Below, one piece after another: positions 25,830 through 38,629 of a stretch of 64,000 nucleotides of DNA (its first letter is position 1; every line of letters begins with the position of its first letter). The notes under the pieces are model-generated. The model worked only from the letters and a program-made list of their open reading frames with translations, made no database searches and was not told the origin of the DNA. Both the position numbers and the translations under genes were made by a program. The DNA lies in contig NC_135825.1 of assembly GCF_964213995.1 (NCBI RefSeq), forward strand, positions 52,762,001 to 52,826,000. The letters run 5' to 3'. The stretch is from Mustelus asterias (taxonomy: Eukaryota).

Positions 25830-25900
25830 CTCCCTGTCAGGGAATTGAACCCCGTCTCCTGCGTGACAGTCGGGGATACTAAGCACTATACTAACGAGGA
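25830..25900 (-). pseudogene. tRNA-Asp(GTC) pseudogene
   Basis: The reverse complement TCCTCGTTAGTATAGTGCTTAGTATCCCCGACTGTCACGCAGGAGACGGGGTTCAATTCCCTGACAGGGAG resembles vertebrate tRNA-Asp. The D-loop GG is lost, with two anticodon-stem mismatches, one acceptor-stem mismatch and a 1-nt deletion. Confidence 0.88.
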
Positions 25901-26204
25901 ACTGCATCTACACAGCACACATTGGCATTATCAGCAGTTCTCTGCAGCCACACACTTATTCTTACTGTGTTTACCCCGGTCCAACCATCTCCACACCATG
26001 GCCACACACTCAGGCAGCCCTGTCCTGCTGTGGGTAATTGAACTGGTTTCGCGCTAATTGTACCGGACCTCCCCAGCATGTGACCCGGATACCGAGGCTG
26101 CAGCTTCTTCCTGAGGCTTTACTCACCCGGAGAGAGAGAGAGAGAGAGAAACTCCGGCCCGGAACCGAGTAACAGGGTGAGGCCCCGGGCTTGCATGGGG
26201 TAAC

Positions 26205-26430
26205 GGTGTGAGGAGAGGTTCTAGCCTGGGGGTAATGGGGTGAGGAGAAGGCCCGGGCCCGGGGGGGTGAGGAGAAGGCCCGGGGGGGTGAGGAGAAGGC
26301 CCGGCCCCGGGGGGGGGGGGGGGGTGAGGAGAAGACCCGGGTCCCGGCCGTGAGGAGAGGACCCGGGTCCCGGCCGTGAGGAGAGGACCCGGGTCCCGGC
26401 CGTGAGGAGAGGGAGAAGGAGAAGGCCCGG
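26205..26430 (+). repeat. GC-rich minisatellite (unit about GTGAGGAGAGGACCCGGGTCCCGGCC)
   Basis: About 8 variable units, each containing GTGAGGAGA; near-perfect 26-bp copies at 26350-26401. Confidence 0.85.
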
Positions 26431-26460
26431 CTCGAGGCGACCCGCGCACTCTTGGTGCCT

Positions 26461-26474
26461 GTTGCCAGGGTAAC
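26461..26474. promoter_or_regulatory. RFX X-box motif GTTGCCAGGGTAAC
   Basis: Fits the X-box palindrome GTTGCC-NN-GGYAAC and lies inside the CpG island. Confidence 0.5.
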
Positions 26475-27097
26475 CGGGCCCTCTGGCCGCGCTGCGGGCG
26501 GTCGGATTAAACATCCTCCGACACTAAATGCCAGTCAGGCAGAGGCTGTGAGACAGAGCCTGGCGCCAACTCCCACTGAAACCATTCCCGCGGCTCAGTC
26601 AGAATTTGTTTTATTAAGTGCAGCTTTTTGTACTAAAATCATCCAATCTTGGCCACAGACACTGCCTCGATATTGGTGAACATAATCTCCCAGTGTGGAG
26701 ACCAACTCCAGCAAACAAGCGTGCTAATGCCACCATTCCAGAATGGTCCTGATTAACAGCTTATGATGTAACTCAAACGGTAGAAGTGTACTCGGAATTT
26801 TAAATAATTTTTTCCACTCCATTCTCTAAAGTTACAAAGCCAATGCTCAGAGTGGACCAGGCAAATCCAAATCTATTCCTTCCTTGCTCCAAAATTCAAA
26901 ATCTAAATGAATCTGATTCATGGTCCCCACAAGGGAGACAAACCAGATTCAAGCTGACAAGACGAGATGTTGCACCCCATATCGGGTGTGCCAGCTCTCT
27001 CAATGGGCAATGCACCTAGACCGGAGCCACCCACTTCAATCTTTTTGACTAACCAAGTAAACTAAATCAAATGAACTAAGGGACAAATTATTTTTTT

Positions 27098-27930
27098 TAA
27101 ACCCTACAGTGCAGAAGGAGGCCATTCGGCCCATCGAGTCTGCACCGACCACAATCCCACCCAGGCCCTACCCGCTAATCCTTTTTTTTTAACCCGCTAA
27201 CCCCTCTAACCTACGCATCCCAGTACTCTAAGGGGCAATCTTTAACCTGGCCAATCAACCTAACCCGCACATCTTTGGACAGTGGGAGGAAACCGGAGCA
27301 CCCGGAGAAAACCCACGCAGACACGAGGAGAATGTGCAAACTCCACACAGACAGTGACCCGAGCCGGGAATCGAACCCGGGACCCTGGAGCTGTGAAGCA
27401 GCAGTGCTAACTACTGTGCTACCGTGCCGCCCTTTAAAAGGAGGCAGCTCCCAAAAGGAGGGGAACCGCCCGAAACAACAAAGACTTGGCCAAAAATGAG
27501 AAGTGTACTTGATACTGCATTTAAAACAAAGATGTAAATAAGCCCGTGAAGCATTTCTTGCTGTGGCCCAAGGGAATCTTTCTTCCTCAATTATCACAAT
27601 ACAAGGGTGGCATGCATGGTGGTTAGCACTGATGCCTCAGCGCCAGGGATCTGGGTTCGACTCCCAGCTTGGGCCACTGTCTGTGTGGAGTTTGCACATT
27701 CTCCTTGTGTCTGCATGGTACTCCGGTTTCCTCCCACAGCCCAAAGATGAGTGGGTTATGTTGATTGGCCATGTTAAATTGCCCCTTAGTGTCCTGGGAT
27801 GCGTAGGTTCGAGGGATTAGTGGGGTAAATATGTGGAGTTACGGGGAAAGGGCCTGGGTGGGATTGTTGTCAGTGCAGACTCAATGGGCCGAATGGCCTC
27901 CATCTGCACTGTAGGGTTTCTATGATTTCT
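27098..27930. mobile_element. Two oppositely oriented HE1 SINEs (27098-27432 -, 27604-27930 +)
   Basis: Both have a recognisable head and CR1-like tail. Confidence 0.85.
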
Positions 27931-29016
27931 AATTGACTGTACTTCAAACAATAATGCACTTAATCAGGTCTGATTATTGTGAATGGTACTTTATAAATAT
28001 AAGTCTGCCTTTTAGTTGAATAATTTGGATAAACTTCTGTTTTTAAACTTCACAATTGTTAGATATTTAAAGGCAATCTAAAATGGATTTTCACCTTTCT
28101 TGCATTACACTCAAAGCATCAATCTTCACCTGCCCCGATTTAAGAAACTCCAATTCCCCTTCCTTTCAGACTTTCTTTAAAATCTCCTGGCTTTTAATGC
28201 CTCTCTTCAACCACCCCCACTCCAAATTATTGGCATTCCATTCCCCTATAAACCATTTCTTTTCATTTTTATTCTTTCACAAGGTAGGGGTGACGGTGGC
28301 TAAGCCACCAATATTACCCATTCCAGTTTGCCCTAGAGAAGGTATTGGTGAGCTGTCAACTCTCTTTCCGCCCCTTTCCCATTCAAAATGGTGTTTCCAC
28401 TTTCAATCACTACATAATTCTGGCATTCTCCTTGTAATTTTCTTCTTCCTCGTCCCAGATGTTAAACCTAGCTGCTTCCACTTTTTATGGCTTTTCATTT
28501 CCCCTTTTCTCTGTTTTTCTTCTTGACCATGTGTTCTACTTGTTCCCCTCTCCCCATGCTTGATGCATGCGGCTGTTAATGGGTACGACTCCTTCATTAC
28601 GCCTTAATGTTGTTTTGACTTGGTGGCAGCACTTGAACTTTTAGTCAGAAGAATTCAAGTCTCACTCGACGGACCACGGCAAAAGTTGTGTTGGATCCTG
28701 CTGGACTAGCGAATTCTCAATCCTCCTTTACCTGTGCAAGATGGGTAAACATTGGCCTGAGGTGCATGTAAATGATTCTGTCATTCTGATCAAAATGCAG
28801 ATGAGTCATTTTACCTTTATCCGTGTCTATTCCTCAACCAATATGAATTGGCTGCTCTTACTTACCTAAGATCTGAAATGTGCCTTTTGCAAGGGGGGGG
28901 GGGGGGGGGGGGGGGCTATAGTATGCCTTCTTTACAGAGATCGAGGGCAGCTTTGCATTTGTGATTCTTTATTTTGAAGCTTCCAATGTAAATCTGTTTG
29001 TGTGAAGTCCAAGCAA

Positions 29017-29061
29017 ATGTGCACTTTCTCACACGAGGGGGCAAACTGGAGATCTCATTGG
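29017..29061 (+). CDS. OARD1: Probable first coding exon of OARD1 (MCTFSHEGANWRSHW)
   Basis: ATG at 29017, 15 codons, then a strong phase-0 donor TGG|GTAAGT at 29062 that matches the phase-0 acceptor at 30159. Acceptor ttctttattttgaag ends at 28979. The peptide is not recognisably conserved, so the call rests on splice signals. Confidence 0.55.
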
Positions 29062-30158
29062 GTAAGTGTACAGCAAGCTACATTGGTATAGCACCTTTAA
29101 CATTGTTGCATATCCCAAGGCAGTTCACAGTAGCATAAATTAGACAAATCACTTGAGGTTTTGGGAGAAGTGACCAATAATTTGGTCAGAGTGGTAGGAT
29201 TTTTAGTAGCCTAAAGGAGGAGGTTTGGGGAAGAAGATTCAGAGCTTGGGTCTTATGCAGCTGAAGGCACTGTCATAATAGTGGAGAGATGAACTGGAGT
29301 AGAACAATTCACCTCTTGTGCTAGGTTGTGAGGAAACAATATTACAGAAAGCCAGTGGCAGAAGGTGGTAATAGATGGAGGAAAATGTTGTAGTTAAAAG
29401 TACATTCATTTTGCTCTGTTTTAGCAGGAAGCACAAAGGAACTGAAATGAACAAAATGGCATGTTCTATAGTCAGACCACTAGAGGGACATGTAAGTATG
29501 TGATTATCACTGAGCAAGACCATATCATGCTTATTTGTGTGTTACGATACCAGTAGCGAGTGATAATGTTCAAAAAGGAATTTGATTCCTGATGACCAAC
29601 ATAAGGTAATTGCAAGACAAGATTTGGGACTTTCACTGTAACAAACAAACTATAAGCAACATTGCCTAAGAAAATATTGTTTAGTTAATGTGGGCGGCAC
29701 AGTGGTTAGCACTGCTGCCTCAGTGCCAGGGACCTGGGTTCGATTCCCAGCTTGGGTCACTGTCTGTGTGGAGTCTGCACATTCTCCTCGCGTCTGCTCC
29801 GGTTTCCTCCCACAGTATGAAAGATGTGCTGGTTAGGTGCATTGGCCATGCTAAATTCTCCCTCGGTGTACCCGAACAGGCGCCGGAGTGTGGCGACTGG
29901 GGGATTTTCACGGTAACTTGATTGCAATGTTAATGTAAGCCTTACTTGCGACTAATAAATAAACTTTAAATTGTACTCTAAACTGCTGTCTCTGTCTCCC
30001 GCAACCAAAAAAAACTCCCTCTATGATTGTACTTTACTCTGTCCCTTAAGTAGACACTTTATACCCTGGTTGGGATGGAAAGGCGGCTATAGTGGTGGAA
30101 AAGGGAAATGTTACAAATTTAGTAATAAATAACAATATTTCTTCTTTAATCATTCCAG

Positions 30159-30312
30159 AGCTTTGCGATCTGTTATGTGACCGGTGATCTGTTCAAATGT
30201 CCAGCACAGAATGCATTGGCCCACTGCATCAGTGAAGACTGTCGTATGGGGGCAGGGATAGCGCTCTCATTCAAGAGGAAGTTTCAATCCGTCAATGAAC
30301 TGCTGAGTCAGA
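30159..30312 (+). CDS. OARD1: OARD1 coding exon ([51 protein letters not shown])
   Basis: Matches human TARG1 ITYVKGDLFACP...[16 protein letters not shown]. Acceptor cattccag; donor GTAAGA at 30313, phase 1. Confidence 0.96.
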
Positions 30313-31196
30313 GTAAGATTAGTTATTGGAGAAATAAAAGTGAATCAACTTTTATTATTGAAATTCATACGTTTGTCAAAGGATTAATTCCACCCCAAAT
30401 CCTTAAAAGATCATTCAAGGTTTTTCGGAAGTGAATGTGTGGCTCATTCTCCAGTATTTAATCATGCATATAATTGTCCCAAAAATTTAGCAGAAGCCTA
30501 AAATAGTTATGCTATTCTCCTCAGAAATAAGTTGCTAAAATGATGACTATAATTACCTTAAATGGTTTGCTGGCAATTCTGTTGAGAGCAACTCGCCTCC
30601 TAGCTCCCTAAAGTCTGTCCACCATCTACAAGGCACAAGTCAAGAGTGTGATGGAATACTCTGCACATGCCTGCATGAGTGCAACCCCAACAACACTCGA
30701 GCACATCCAGGACAAAGCAGCCTGATTGGCACTTCTTCCACCGACTTGCACCACTGAAGCACAGTGGGAGCAGTGTGTGCCATCTACAGCAGCAACTCAC
30801 CAAGACTCCTTCAATAGCACCTCAAAGCTATGACCTTGACCCTCGAGAAGGACATGGCTAGCGAATGCATGAGAACACTACTACCTGCAAGTTCCCCTCC
30901 AAGCCACGACTTGGAGCTACATCAGCCTTCCTAACAGCGTTGTGGGTATATGTACACCACATGGACTGCCCCAGTTCAAGAAGGTGCCTTGCCACCATCT
31001 TCTCAAAAGCATTTAGAAATGGACAGTAAATGCTGGCCTAGCTGGTGATGCCCACATTCCCTGAATGAATTAAGACAAAAGTTGTGATCTAGCAAGAGGT
31101 TTGTATCACTGAGGCATGACCTCTACCCCTTTTGTTTTTCAGTCTTCAACATATAACGGTGATTTAATTGCATGAACTTCTTTCATTATCCGTACC

Positions 31197-32912
31197 AATT
31201 TCTTCACCCAGAGAATGGTAAATGTGTGGAATTCACTACTACAGAATGTAGTTGATATAGCTCTTGGGGCTAAGACGAGGTGGGGGTGGTGTAGAAGATG
31301 GGGGAAATCAGGATATTGAATTTGATCAGCCATGATCAAAATGAATTCTTGACATTTTAATGATCTAGCTACCTGGACCCCCATGTCTCTCAACCTACAC
31401 TGTGTCGAAAAATTTCTCCTCACTTCGGTTCTAAAAGTTTTACCCTTTATCCTCAAACTATGACCCCCTAGTTCCCTCCATTGGGAACATTCTTCCTGAA
31501 TCTACCCGATCTAACCCTGTTAGAATTTTATACGTTTCTATGAGATCCCTCTCACTTTTCTAAACTCCAGTAAATATAATCCTAACCGACTTAGTCTCTC
31601 CCCATACGACAGACCTGCCATCCCAGGAATCAGCCTGGTAAACCTTCACTGTACTTCCTCTATAGCAAGGACATCCTCAGATAAGGATAGCAAAACTGCA
31701 CACAATACTTCAGATGTGACCTCACCAATGTCTATACAATTACAGCAAAACATCCCTATCCTTATACTCAAATCCTCTCGCTATGAAGGCCAACATAACG
31801 TTTGCCTTCTTTACGGCCTGCTGTACCTGCACGCTTACTTTCAATGACTGATGCAAGAGGACACCAAGGTCTTGCTGAGTATCCACCTCTCTCAATTTAC
31901 ATCCATTCAAGTAATAATCTTCCTATTGTTGCTACCAGAGTAGATAACCTTACATTTATCCATATTATACTGCATCTGCCATGCATATGTCCACACACTC
32001 AGCCTGTCCAGATCACACTGAAGCATCTCTGCATCCTCCCCACAGCTCACCCTTCCACCCAATTTTGTATCATCTGCACATTTGGAGATAATACATTCAG
32101 TTCCTTCTTCCAAATCATTGATATATAATGTGAACAGTTGGGGTCATAGCACAGATCCCTGTGGAACCCCACTAATCACTGACTGCCAATCCGAAAAAGA
32201 CCCATTTATGCCAACTCTTTGCTCCTATCTGCTAACCAGCTTTCTATCCACCTCAAGACATTACTTGCAATCCCATGTGGTTTAACTTTACATATTAGTC
32301 TGTTATGAGAGACCTGGTCAAAAGCCTCCTTGAAGTCTAAATAAACCACATCCACTGGTTCTCCTCGGTCAATTCTACTAGTTATATCCTCAAAGAATTC
32401 CAATAGATTTGTCAAGAATGATTTCCCTTATGTAAATCCATACTGACTTTGATTATATCACTGCCTTCCAAATGCTGAAATCCTTCATAATGGACTCTCG
32501 CAACTTCCCCAGTACCGACGTTAGGCTTGCTGGTCTATAGTTCCCTAATTTCTCTCTACCTCCCTTTTTGAATAGTAGGCTGATATTAGCTACTCCAATC
32601 TGTAGGAACCAGTCCAGAGTCCAAATAATTTTGGAAATTATCCACCATTGGATCTACTATTTCCGGGGCCACTACCTGGGATGAAGATTATCAGGACCTG
32701 GAGATTTATCCACCTTCAATCCCATCAATTTCCCCAAAACCATTTCTCCACTAAAGCTGATTTCCTTCAGCTCCTCACTAAAACTTGTTTCTCTCAGAAC
32801 CTCTGGTACATTATTCATTGTCTTCCTTTGTGAAGACTGAAGCAAAGTACGAATTTAATTCCTCGGCCATTTCTTTATCCCCCATTATGAATTCTCCCGT
32901 TTCTGACTGTAA
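31197..32912 (-). mobile_element. CR1 LINE fragment (RT region); terminal ~150 bp in opposite orientation
   Basis: TNLLEFFEDIT..VDVVYLDFKEAFD and ADDTKLGG motifs. Confidence 0.85.
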
Positions 32913-33116
32913 AGATAGTAAATGAGTTTTATTGTTTCTGCAGTTGAATCAGGTAGACATTAATCTGATTTTTTTTTCCTCTGAATCCATCATCACTTAT
33001 TAATGTAATTTGAAACGTCTCATCCATCCCCTCTTCAGCATCTAATAGTAACATGCGTGCAAGGCATTTATTATCTGTTAAAAAGACCAATTTTTAAGGT
33101 GTGATTTTCTTGGCAG

Positions 33117-33175
33117 GAAAGAAGACTGGGGATGCGGCAGTGCTGAAGAACAAGCAAAGATACATTTACTACTTG
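33117..33175 (+). CDS. OARD1: OARD1 coding exon (RKKTGDAAVLKNKQRYIYYL)
   Basis: Matches human [20 protein letters not shown]. Acceptor ttttcttggcag, donor GTAATG. 59 nt, phase 1 to 0, frame preserved. Confidence 0.95.
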
Positions 33176-33269
33176 GTAATGAAGTGAATTTGGGCACTGG
33201 AATTGTTTATTTGAAGAATTTAAAATTCACAGGATGTAGAATAAGTATATTAACCCTTTATCTCCTCAT

Positions 33270-33897
33270 TGTCCAAAGACTCCTTCCGTTACTTGCACTT
33301 CTTTTGATTTAGTGGATTGTAATTGCTGTTCACCATGCATTCTCCTTGACACGGAGGGGGGGGACACAGAACAGAGACAAGGTGATCGCTTGTGGAACAC
33401 CTCCACTTGGTCCTCAAGCATGACTCAGACTTTCCAGTAGCTTGCCATTTCTGTTCACCATCATGCTGTCACACACACTTTTCTGTCCTTGGCCTGCTAA
33501 ATGTTCCAGTGAAACCTAACACCGGCTAGAGGAACAGCATTTCATCTCCTGATTAGATGTTTTGCATCTGGACTCAACATTGAGTTCAACAACTTCAGAG
33601 CATGAATTCTGTCCTCTATTTTGATTTTCCCCCCCAGTGCCAGTCTATATCTTGTTCTTGTGGTTTTGCTTTCAAATGATCTTTATTCTGCATTTAGCAT
33701 CTACTCTGCACCAGTGCTTGTTTTCTGCTACCATTAACACTCGCTTTGCCTTGTCCCATGGCATCTCATCTCCCTCGCCCTCTAACCTATCCCTGACCTT
33801 TTCTTTTTATCCCACCTGCTTTTTCAATGGCATAAAACCCATCGCATTTCCACCCCAATTCAGTTCAGAAAATAAAATCATATTGGACTTGAAACGT
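33270..33897 (+). mobile_element. Old Penelope-like element 3' part (decayed GIY-YIG endonuclease and pLTR)
   Basis: Decayed match to the TCTS...EHL...PVACHF...LEEQHFI...GLNIEFNNFR pattern. Ends in a degenerate hammerhead (...GACTTGAAACGTT) and is followed by a MITE-like insertion. Confidence 0.65.
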
Positions 33898-36800
33898 TGG
33901 GTGGAATTTTCCACTCTGGGGCCTAAGCCCGGTGGTGAGGGAAAGTCGGCGAGATTTCCGCTGGCGGGAGGGTGGGTGAACCCGTGCCCTTTTCAACTCT
34001 GTAATTTGAGGGAGCATGGCAAATCTTGTGGCAAATGTGGGCAGGGAGTCAGCCACCCCATCGTTGTCTCATGGGGTCGAAAGTCCTGGTACCATATTTA
34101 AAGGGCACAGGGACAGACATTCACTCATTGCAGGCCAAGCATTTTGCATCACTCTGCCAGAGTCTTGAGTGTCCGCAGCTTGTATTGGAGAAACTGGCAG
34201 ATGTGAGCAACCACATCCTGGGACACACAAAGGTGGCTTTGGCATTGACTGCCCTCCACCAGTCGTGCCCCGGGAAGCATTCTACCTCCCTCTAACCCTG
34301 CCCCTGATGCAGCTGATGGCAAATAGCACAAAATGAATGGCAGCTCCATACCTTGCTATGATCTTTATTTATGAGCCCCACGAGTTGGGAACAAACCTGT
34401 TTCAATGCGGGCTGAACAATTGGCCACCACAAATGAGCATCTTTGAGATCCTGTTGCCTCATAATTTGACCCTAAACTTCACTCACCAAAAGGACCCTCC
34501 TCCCACCTCAAGGAACCTCACCAACAGCATAGTCAAGGTCAGTTTTGAAAAATGGCGTGTGTCACCTTTTCAAACTCACTTCACCACCATCTACTCTTCC
34601 CCCTGTCACCCCCCACCTTCCTACTTCACCCTTGACCCACCCAATATCAGCATTCCTCTCCCCTCTGTCAGTCTTGAACCTCCCTGCCCCGTTACCTTGG
34701 ACCCGATAACCATCCATCTCCATGTGCATTCCCTCCCATCGGAGTCACCACTGGTTACCATCCCCATGCCCCCTCTGATCCTGCCCCCTCCTGTAATCCG
34801 AGCCACCTGTCTTGTCCCCCATACAATGAGACATTCGCCTACCAGACTCTCTAGTTTGCCATTGCTCTCCACCCCTCCCTTCCCTAGGAACTCACCCCAC
34901 GCTTCCTCTGGAAGCCTACCTCCGCTCCACCCTGCCCATGGCAGCACTCGATAGGAGTGAAGTGACGCCAAGGTGCCCAAGTCACAGAAAGCTGAGACTT
35001 GGGTCCAATTGAAAATTTATTCGGAAAGGTATTAAGGGGCATGGAACAAAGTAGGTAAAGAGAGTTGTGATTTAGATTGGCTGATCGAATGAAAAGATGG
35101 AAAGTTGTTCTTTATACGGTCCCCGGAAGGGTAGGGGGTTTTAGTTCAGTTGGGCAGCATGGTCGGTGCAGGCTTGGAGGGCCAAAGGGCCTGTTCCTGT
35201 GCTGTAATTTTCTTTGTTCTTTATATGGAATAAGCTTGAGGGGCCGAATGGCCTATTTCTAGTTTCTAATATGCAGCGCAATGCAAATTTGTAGAAATTT
35301 TAAAAATTGCCCATATCAGGAAATGAAAGTATTTCCCCCGCCTCCCCTTAGTTTGTCGATCTGACAAATTTTGCATTAGTAATTTTTTTTTTTAGTTGAA
35401 TTTATCCTGCTCACATCCTTTGTTTAAAAAACAATCAATCCAACAGCTGGACAAAGCCAGCTACTGATGGGCAGCTCTGCTTTATTTTTGTGTGTGGTGG
35501 ATGGATGATAATCCCAGCTTGTTAAGGACTTTGTTGCTTTTTGTACAATTTTTTTTTGTACAAATGTTGTATTTAGCAGTTGAGTAGAAGCATAGGATGG
35601 AATACTCCAGCCGCGCTGGCCTAAAAGCCAGAAATTCCCGTCCGACTGTCAATGGGATTTCACATTGTCCGCAACCCACCGGCTAAAATTCCAGTGGCAG
35701 GCGGGATGGGAGAACTCCGGCCATCGTGTTTGGGTCTGTACAGTCAATGTTGTCCTCAGCATATCTTCAAAGGAGTGGCTCACTTTGAGCATGGTACTAA
35801 TCAATCCTGAACTCTGTTTCACACAATGTCAGGCAGATTTTCTAGAATGTTATGCTAAATGCCAAGATTTTGTTACAAAATTGGGTCAAAATCCTGAAAT
35901 TCCCTCCCTAACAGCACTGTGGGTGTACCTACACCTCAGCGACTACAACAGTTGAAGAAGGCAGCCCACCACCACCACCTTGTGGCCCACTAGGGATGGG
36001 CAATAAATGCTGACCTAGCTGGTAACACCTGCATTTCTGTAAATGAATTTTTTTTTAAAAACAAGTGAAAGAAAAATGTCTTGCATTTGTGTGATACCTT
36101 TCAGGACAATTAAATACTTCTTGAAATGTAGTTACTGTTGTGGGGGAAAACAGTAGCCCATTTGCACACAGCAAGATCCCCAAACTGCAGCGAGTGGCTT
36201 AATCTGAAATAAAAACAAGAAATGCTGGAGAAAGTTAATAGTTCAGGTCATTGGCCTGAAATGTTAACTGTTTCTCTGTACAGATGCTTCCTGTCTGGTG
36301 AGTATATCCAGCATTTTTTGTCTTTACTTTCAAAATCTGTTATTGATGGTTGAGGGATAAACATTGACCCAAGACAATAGCATGAAGTCCTAAAGTCATG
36401 TCATGATCCTAAAATAATGCATTGCCACACTATTTGTATGGCAGAGTGCCGAGGAGGAATAGTTTCCATTGCTGCAGGGCGCTTTACTGCATTTTGCTGT
36501 ACTTGTGCTAAGAGGTTACGATGCCATTGTTTAGCATTGCTCCACCCAAAGCAGTTCAGTGTGAAATTTCCAAACACTAATAGGTAGAATTAAAATATGA
36601 AGGTAGGTTGTGCTTCACTGACGCACATTAATCTCTTTTAATCTTACTTTGGTTCTGACTTCGCGATTTCAAGAATGCAAAAAGCCACTTGTTAAGAGTG
36701 CAGCTTCTGTGTTCAAATAGATGTTAACCTTGTGCAATGCCCGACCACTGTCAAACTATTCAGAATAGCTTTGCCTTTCAACTCGCAGCACCAGGGACCC

Positions 36801-37141
36801 TGGTTCGATTCCCAGCTTGAGTCACTGACTGTGCGGAGTCTGCACATTCTCCCAGTGTTTCCTCCAGGTGCTCCAGTTTCCTCCCACATTCCACAGATGT
36901 GCGGGTCAGGTGGATTAGCAATGCTAAATTGCCCCTTAGTATCAGGGAGACTAGGTAGGGTTATGGGGGTAGGGCCTGAGTGGGATTCTGGTCGGTGCAG
37001 ACTCGATGACCTCCTTCAGCACTATGGTTCTAAATATTTAATACCCACTCATCATTGCATTGCTCATGCTATGTGAGAGTTACAAGGGCATTTAAACTGT
37101 GAATATTGCTTGGTTGATATCAAGTGGTTTTATATTTGTAG

Positions 37142-37254
37142 ATTACGAAACAAAAGTACTATCACAAGCCAACTTATGACAGTCTGCAGAGCAGCCTGGA
37201 GGCCATGAAGAGTCACTGCCTGAATAATGAAGTCACGCACATCTCAATGCCCAG
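37142..37254 (+). CDS. OARD1: OARD1 coding exon ([38 protein letters not shown])
   Basis: Matches human [38 protein letters not shown], including the catalytic Lys84 equivalent (ITK). Acceptor tatttgtag, donor GTACAA; 113 nt. Confidence 0.96.
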
Positions 37255-38629
37255 GTACAAATAGGAAATTTAAATTTGTTTTGTCCACTTTTCCATTTAT
37301 CAAATATATCATTTCTTCTGGTTTGCCCCATTAGAAAAAAAAACACACGCTGGGTACTTCAAATATGCAGCCACAGCGCAACAACTTTACATATTAATTG
37401 AACTGTGTAGAGGGCAAAGACGTTGACCAATAATGGTGTTCATTCACATTGACCAAAAGCAGGTTCCATAGACTGTGGCTTCAATCCACTGAAGCCTAAA
37501 GCTCTGAAGATTGATCTGATCACATCATATATTCTATATCGCCACTAACCTAGGTGAGAGAAATTGTGCAGATTGGAAGGAGAGACTTTAAACAAAGTGA
37601 AAGGGATCAGGTGACAGGAGAATTGGAAGCAATAGAGCAGGGATTTGGCTAAAGATGAGCAGAGGTGGGAACCGAGTTTAACAGTAATAGCGTATCAGTG
37701 AATACGGTTCGTGTAAAGAAAAAGGCTCTTTCTGGACTAGGCGTTATGATAGGTAAACGAGTGACACAAATGTAGATTAAATTGCTTGGATCCAATTGCC
37801 GTTTCAGAAACCTGGGGTAGAATTGTCCCTGGTGCTGTCACTGGTGAGAACAATGGCGAGTGGAGGAGGAAGACTTCCAACAGGAGGCTCACAAAATCAG
37901 TTTTGCGTTGGTGTTTAATAGCAGCCGTATCTGCCATGGGGGATTGGGTCTGGGGGCTAATCGATTTGAATTCCACGAACGCGATGCAGCTGAAGCCCCA
38001 TGCCCAATTCTCTGCAGCACTAGCAAGAATACACACTGGTTCAAAACAAGCCTTTGGCAGAGCGGTTACACTGTTACCTGTGGACCAGAAGCTCCGGGTT
38101 TGAATCCAACACCAGAACGTGCTGCACACGGAAGGAAGGTTCACAACGCAGTTTAACAGGCTGATAGTCAGCTCGAAAATCCTTCCACCACTTCCCCCCA
38201 GTGGGTGTAAAGATGCGCTAAACAAAAAGGTGGCATGCAAAAGTTGGGGTTTGCCTGACTAAGGCCTGGGGCTGCCTCCAGTGTTTGTGATGGAGGTCAC
38301 CAATGGCCTTGGACCCTGGAACAACACAATACAGGAAGGGTGGGCATATATCAAATGGCTCTTCCAGCTTCAGTCATTAAGGAGCTCCCTCTTTTTCAAC
38401 GACATTGGGCATCTTTTTAAATATGACAACCAGATATGACGGCAGGATGAGTGCCATCAAGCCTGCACCACCGGACAAAATGGAGCAAGGCTCCCAAATG
38501 CATAATTAATGATCAAGGCCAAAAGATGTGACGTGGTCACCTGATGCCCTCTGCCCCAGGAAACTCTCCCTGTCCCTTCTCCTGCCCTGGGACTTAGCCC
38601 CAGGTGGCAGAATTCTGCCCATGGTTACA

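Larger units (their letters stand above)
26080..26520. promoter_or_regulatory. CpG island, probable (bidirectional) OARD1 promoter and first exon
   Basis: GC- and CpG-rich island with a (GA)n tract, an ETS-like CCGGAA at about 26159, a + strand donor CAGG|GTGAGG at about 26177, and a - strand donor GTGAGT at 26126-26121. Lies 2.5 kb upstream of the ATG exon. Confidence 0.7.

Noticed and set aside
37737-38240. 167-aa - strand ORF
   Set aside because: It spans MITE-like and SINE fragments within an OARD1 intron.
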